From a virus: a stretch of DNA of 64,000 nt. Shown in pieces: positions 59,529 through 64,000 of the stretch (positions within the stretch are counted from its first letter, which is position 1; each line of letters opens with the position of its first letter). The translations under genes were made by a program, and so were the position numbers. The notes below the pieces were generated by a model. That model searched no databases. It saw only the letters and a program-made list of their open reading frames with translations, and had not been told where the DNA came from. Where the stretch lies: the IMG/VR virus record IMGVR_UViG_3300001347_000003. One strand, 5' to 3'.

Positions 59529-60074
59529 TGGGAAAACTAAAGCAAACACTTGAAGACGGGCAGACATTAGAGTATGCATACGTACATGAACCAATGCCTG
59601 AAGACTTGAAATGGGCGATTGGTCATGCATCTAATTTTTCAAACAGCCCTGAAGAAACAAAGCAGAACGCCTTGTTATTGTTACAAACCTTAGACGAACT
59701 AAAAAATGACTTTAGAAACTTTTATTAAGATTAAGTTTGGCACACAGAACAAGCTGGGCGAAGCCTTAGAAGTAGGTCAAAATACCGTGAACAGATGGTA
59801 TAATAACGATCCTAAAAAATTCTTTACGCACGTACAGCAGCTTGCAAAATGGGGCGATGTACCTGTTGAAGAAGTAGTAGATATGATTGAACAACGCTGT
59901 ACGGATGTTCGACACTTACAAGCTGTCCGTAAATGAATTGCGTTTGCTTAGAAAGCAACTGTATTATCTCCATGCAGAAATGACTAAGTATAAGCGGCAA
60001 ATGGTGACTGATGAATTAGCTACAATAAATCAGCGGTTACACGAGTTAACAGGAGAGCATAAATATCTACTCAA

Positions 60075-60719
60075 ATGAACAACAGAGAATTTAAGGGCGT
60101 ATGGATACCATCGGATTTATATTTAAATCAAGACTTGAATTGGACAACGAAATTAATAATCCTGGAAATTGATAATTTTAGTCGTAACGGTCTGCCTTGC
60201 TTTATAAGTAATGCTCACTTGTGCAGTCACTTACAATGCTCACAGAGTACAGTTGAAAAAGCATTGAAGGCAGCAGAAGATGCGGGATTTATAACTCGTA
60301 CACGAGAGATGATTGGAGAGCATACCCGTAGAATTTTACGGATGAATACCGTAATAAATAACGGGCTGAACCCGTCAAAAACTACGGCTACTACCCGTAA
60401 AAAAGTACGACATAATAATACAAGGAAGAATACAATTAACAAACCAATGAAAACAAGCAAGCCTAATACGCAAGAATGTTATTTGTACTTTGCAGAATTA
60501 GGAGTTGAAAATCCTCGCGACGAAGCAGAGGCATTTAAAGATTGGTATGATCAAACTGGATGGACTTTAAAAGGAGGCAACAAGATAAAAGATTGGAAAG
60601 CAACAGCGCGTAATTGGGTGCGCAGACAAAAAAAACAAAGCGATGCAACAGCTACAAAAGGATTCAAGCAAACAAATTTCAACGCTGAGAACATTAAGTC
60701 TTTCGTTACTGAAGGATAG
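60075..60719 (+). CDS. Replication initiator-like protein (copy 3)
   Basis: Identical to 1697-2341. Confidence 0.7.
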   Translation: MNNREFKGVWIPSDLYLNQDLNWTTKLIILEIDNFSRNGLPCFISNAHLCSHLQCSQSTVEKALKAAEDAGFITRTREMIGEHTRRILRMNTVINNGLNPSKTTATTRKKVRHNNTRKNTINKPMKTSKPNTQECYLYFAELGVENPRDEAEAFKDWYDQTGWTLKGGNKIKDWKATARNWVRRQKKQSDATATKGFKQTNFNAENIKSFVTEG

Positions 60720-61320
60720 CAGCATACAACTTAGCCCAACGCAAGCATGGGATGAAGGCACGAACATAAAGCAAGCCTTAGCCATTGCGCCTGAAATGGT
60801 TCGGGGTTGGATTGTGTCTGAGGTAGGGCGAATGATTAAAGAATTGAATTATAAGGTGACGATCGAGAGCGATGAAGAATTGATGTTTTGTTGCAGGTCA
60901 ATTATCGAAGAGCATCCTACTTTGAAGCTAGAAGAAATACGTGTGTGCTTTAACATGATACGCAAAGGCAAATACGGAAAGATGTTCGAACGCTTAAAGA
61001 CTCCTGAGATACTGACGTGCTTGCAAACCTACCAGGGCGAAACACGCGCAGAAATTTTAGAGCAACGAGCGAAAAATAAAAAGCACGAAGCCACAGAAAA
61101 GACTGATGAGGTTTTGCAACCTTTAGGCTTAGTTGAATTGTACGACAAGTTGCAAGTAAAAGAACACGTACCAACCAAAGAAGGCATAGGTACAAGATTA
61201 AAAAAGAAAAATAAATGGGACAAATGAATGAATTAATAAGCAATTGTTGCGGCGCACCTAAATTTGGAGAATGGGAAATATGCGCTGAATGTCTAGAACA
61301 CACAGACTTTATCGAAGAAG

Positions 61321-61728
61321 ATGATGATCACGAAGAGTAAAGCCAAAGTAAAACTTGACAAGGCTTTAAGCGACTACGTGAGAAAATCAAACGCAGATGA
61401 ATTTGGGCGGGCAAATTGTTTTACGTGTACAGCAAGGAAAAATTGGAAGCTATTAGATTGCGGTCATTTTATAACGCGATCAAAGATGAGTACCCGTTGG
61501 CTATATAAGCCTGAAGAGGGCATGGTCAATATGATGCCCCAATGTAAGCAATGCAATTTGACAGGCGGTCAACAGTATTTGTTTGCAAAGAGATTAGACG
61601 TAATTTACGGCGAAGGCACAGCAGATAAAATACTGCGCAAGAGCAATGAAACCACAAAATTTAGCATAGCAGAACTACAAGAGATGACTGCATACTACAA
61701 TGACTTGTTTCGAAAACTTCCTGGTTAA
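61321..61728 (+). CDS. NinG-like nuclease (copy 3)
   Basis: Identical to 2943-3350. Confidence 0.8.
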   Translation: MMITKSKAKVKLDKALSDYVRKSNADEFGRANCFTCTARKNWKLLDCGHFITRSKMSTRWLYKPEEGMVNMMPQCKQCNLTGGQQYLFAKRLDVIYGEGTADKILRKSNETTKFSIAELQEMTAYYNDLFRKLPG

Positions 61729-62206
61729 AGAATACGACACCTTAAAAAGGTATGGTGACCGTTTGGTTGGCGAGGCTTGGGGACAAGATTTGCTACACGA
61801 TATGTCGATTACTTTTTTAAAGAAGGGAGATAAACTAGACAAGCTATGCACACGGAAAGAAATGCTGCCTTACATGAAACGGGCTATGCGCATTGCTAGT
61901 TGGCATGAACACGGCAAGTTTTACAAACAGTACAAAGAGTACGAAAAACGAAAAGCGAATTTAGATGTCGAGCAGGTTTCGATAAAAGAACACGAAGTAA
62001 TAGAGTTAGAAAAACAACAACTTGGAACTGTATTCACTTTGCTTGAAGAGATAAATTGGTTCGACAGAGAGATATTTAAAGCCTATTTTTTACACAGTCA
62101 CACACTACAAACATTAAGCGATGCCACAGGAATTAACAGACAAACAATCTACAGAAGCATTAGGAAAGCCCAAGCGCACATCAAAGCCAAGACGAAAGAA
62201 ATCTAA
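61700..62206 (+). CDS. Sigma-like factor (copy 3)
   Basis: Identical to 3322-3828. Confidence 0.65.
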   Translation: MTCFENFLVKEYDTLKRYGDRLVGEAWGQDLLHDMSITFLKKGDKLDKLCTRKEMLPYMKRAMRIASWHEHGKFYKQYKEYEKRKANLDVEQVSIKEHEVIELEKQQLGTVFTLLEEINWFDREIFKAYFLHSHTLQTLSDATGINRQTIYRSIRKAQAHIKAKTKEI

Positions 62207-63264
62207 AGGCTTAGGCGATGACATTGAAAAGTTTACGGAAGCCACAGGCATTAAAAAAGTCGTGGAGAAAGTATCGGAAATTACGGGCAAAGACTGCGGA
62301 TGTAAGAAAAGAAAGGAGTATCTTAATAGAAGGTTTCCCCGTTATGATGGCATGAGCAAAGCCGATCAAAAAATATGGGTAGATGTATTGAAGCCTAAGT
62401 TTCAAGAAGGAGCGACAGTTTCATTGGCTTACCAGGAAACGTTCATTGACGTATACCAACGCACATTTGGAATCCGTTTGAAAAAAACGAATTGCGGAAA
62501 ATGCGTATTAGAAAATCTAGAGCAACTAGAAAAGGCATACGCTATTAGCTGCGACAAATGAAGATACTATGTCCTGCTATACTTGACGGCTACCAACGCA
62601 GAAAGGATCGTAGCGTAAGTTTGCGCTTGCTTACCCAAGAGCAGACGAGCCAAGACCTAATGAACATTGACAGTTTGTTAGACACATTCGGCATACTGTA
62701 CTTTAGGGCTGATGATTCGCCTGAAGACAGCGTACCATTTGAAGAGTTAGACAGCATAGAGTTAGACTTGTACGATAAGAAGAAGACACAGAGCCAAAGG
62801 CTACGTGCCGTACTCTACAAGTTGTACAAGCAAGAGGGAGGGGAAGGAGAATTTAAAGACTACTACAAGGTAAAGACAGAGAAAATAATTGAACATTTTA
62901 AAAGCAGATTACAAGATGAGTAAAGCATCAATTTTAGCGCACGAAGAAATCAAGCCCAAGAAACTATCTATTGAACAACAGATATATTCTTACCTGGAAA
63001 ACAATGGCGCAACTAGTCTACAGATGATTGAGTTTCATTTGGGACTAAAGAATCAAACAGCGTCAGCAAGACTAAGCGAGATGCACGACAAAGGCATAGT
63101 ATGTTTTGATGCCTACGGTTCATATCGGGTGACGCATGATGAAACAGAAAAGAGGGAGGTAGAGTGGCTTCGAATGCGTGACAAATACGAAAAGTGGAAA
63201 AAGCAAGGTGTAAAGAATGGGTGGTTAATTAGTGACTTTGATTCCCGAACCAACAAACAATAGA

Positions 63265-64000
63265 ATGAAAACTGTGACAAGCGTAAGCGGCGGGCAATCA
63301 TCAGCATATATAGCGGCAAACTACCCAAGCGATTACTTGGTATTTGCTTTGGTATGCATAGAAGACCGTAAATGCACTCCAAAGGATGCAAAACTAGTTC
63401 AAGCGGTAAGCGATCGAATTGGAAAGGAGTTTATAGCCACGGCAGAAGACGATACTATCCTGCACACAATGTTTGACCTTGAGCAATATCTAGGCGAGTC
63501 CATTGATTGGGTCACAGGAGCTACGTTTGACGAAATCACAAGTGGAAAACACGGGAAAGTCTTACCGAGTCCTTTACGCAGATACTGTACCGCACTTATG
63601 AAGCTGAAACCAATGTTCGAATGGTGGAGAGAAAAAATAAACGAGCCAGTTAAAATGCAGATAGGATTTCGAGCAGGAGAAGAACGAAGGGCGGCATCTC
63701 ATTTTAGTAAATGCAATGCAGACGGTCTTTTAGAACAAAAGCATATTGTTGGACAGCACACAAACGGAAACAATAAATGGGCGGAAACAGCGTGGCAAAA
63801 GCCAGTTTTTCCAATGATACAGGACGGGATTTACCGCGACAAGATAGTTGAGTTTTGGAAAGACAAACCCGTTCGATTTGCAGAAAAAAATAACTGCGTA
63901 GGATGCTTTCACAGAAACCCTATTTTGCTTCGCACTATGTTTGACAAGCACCCAAATAAAATGGAATGGTTTGCAAGTCAGGAGCGAAACCGTACTTATC
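63265..64000 (+). CDS. PAPS reductase-like protein (copy 3, truncated by the window end)
   Basis: Identical to 4887-5622. Confidence 0.7.
   Translation, partial: MKTVTSVSGGQSSAYIAANYPSDYLVFALVCIEDRKCTPKDAKLVQAVSDRIGKEFIATAEDDTILHTMFDLEQYLGESIDWVTGATFDEITSGKHGKVLPSPLRRYCTALMKLKPMFEWWREKINEPVKMQIGFRAGEERRAASHFSKCNADGLLEQKHIVGQHTNGNNKWAETAWQKPVFPMIQDGIYRDKIVEFWKDKPVRFAEKNNCVGCFHRNPILLRTMFDKHPNKMEWFASQERNRTY

Larger units (their letters stand above)
58379..64000 (+). repeat. Partial copy 3 (equivalent to 1-5622)
   Basis: ORFs recur at +58378; the window ends in cgtacttatc, matching 5613-5622. Confidence 0.97.

Noticed and set aside
1-64000. tRNA, rRNA or structured ncRNA genes
   Set aside because: No intergenic gap long enough other than terminator/promoter regions, and no cloverleaf signatures seen

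Overview
The window is a head-to-tail concatemer of one 29,189-bp tailed-phage genome. Copy 1 is 1-29189, copy 2 is 29190-58378 and a partial copy 3 is 58379-64000. All ORF translations recur identically at +29189, so this is most likely a complete circular or terminally redundant genome repeated by assembly or replication. All credible genes are on the + strand. Order: early/replication genes (SSB-like, HTH, replication initiator, NinG-like, sigma-like), a PAPS-reductase-like gene coupled to a C5 DNA methyltransferase, terminase, tail assembly and tail-tip genes, tape measure, a cassette of six small acidic ORFs behind its own promoter-like motif, protease/scaffold/major capsid/major tail, portal, adaptor, fibre, then lysis (amidase and small membrane proteins). 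Gene families, A-rich leaders without Shine-Dalgarno motifs and GTTG-N20-TATATT promoter-like motifs suggest a Bacteroidota host (inference). I saw no integrase, polymerase, tRNA or CRISPR. The most notable hidden features are: (1) a second protein nested in the +1 frame of the methyltransferase that carries the missing motif IX (M.EcoHK31I-type alpha/beta enzyme); (2) a small-acidic-protein cassette with repeated gene junctions and internal paralogues; (3) probable programmed frameshifts at a T9 run (tail chaperone) and an A10 run (portal); (4) a 119-aa minimal kinase-like gene inside the lysis cassette. Product names come from motif recognition by eye, not database searches. For copies 2 and 3 only the main genes are relisted.
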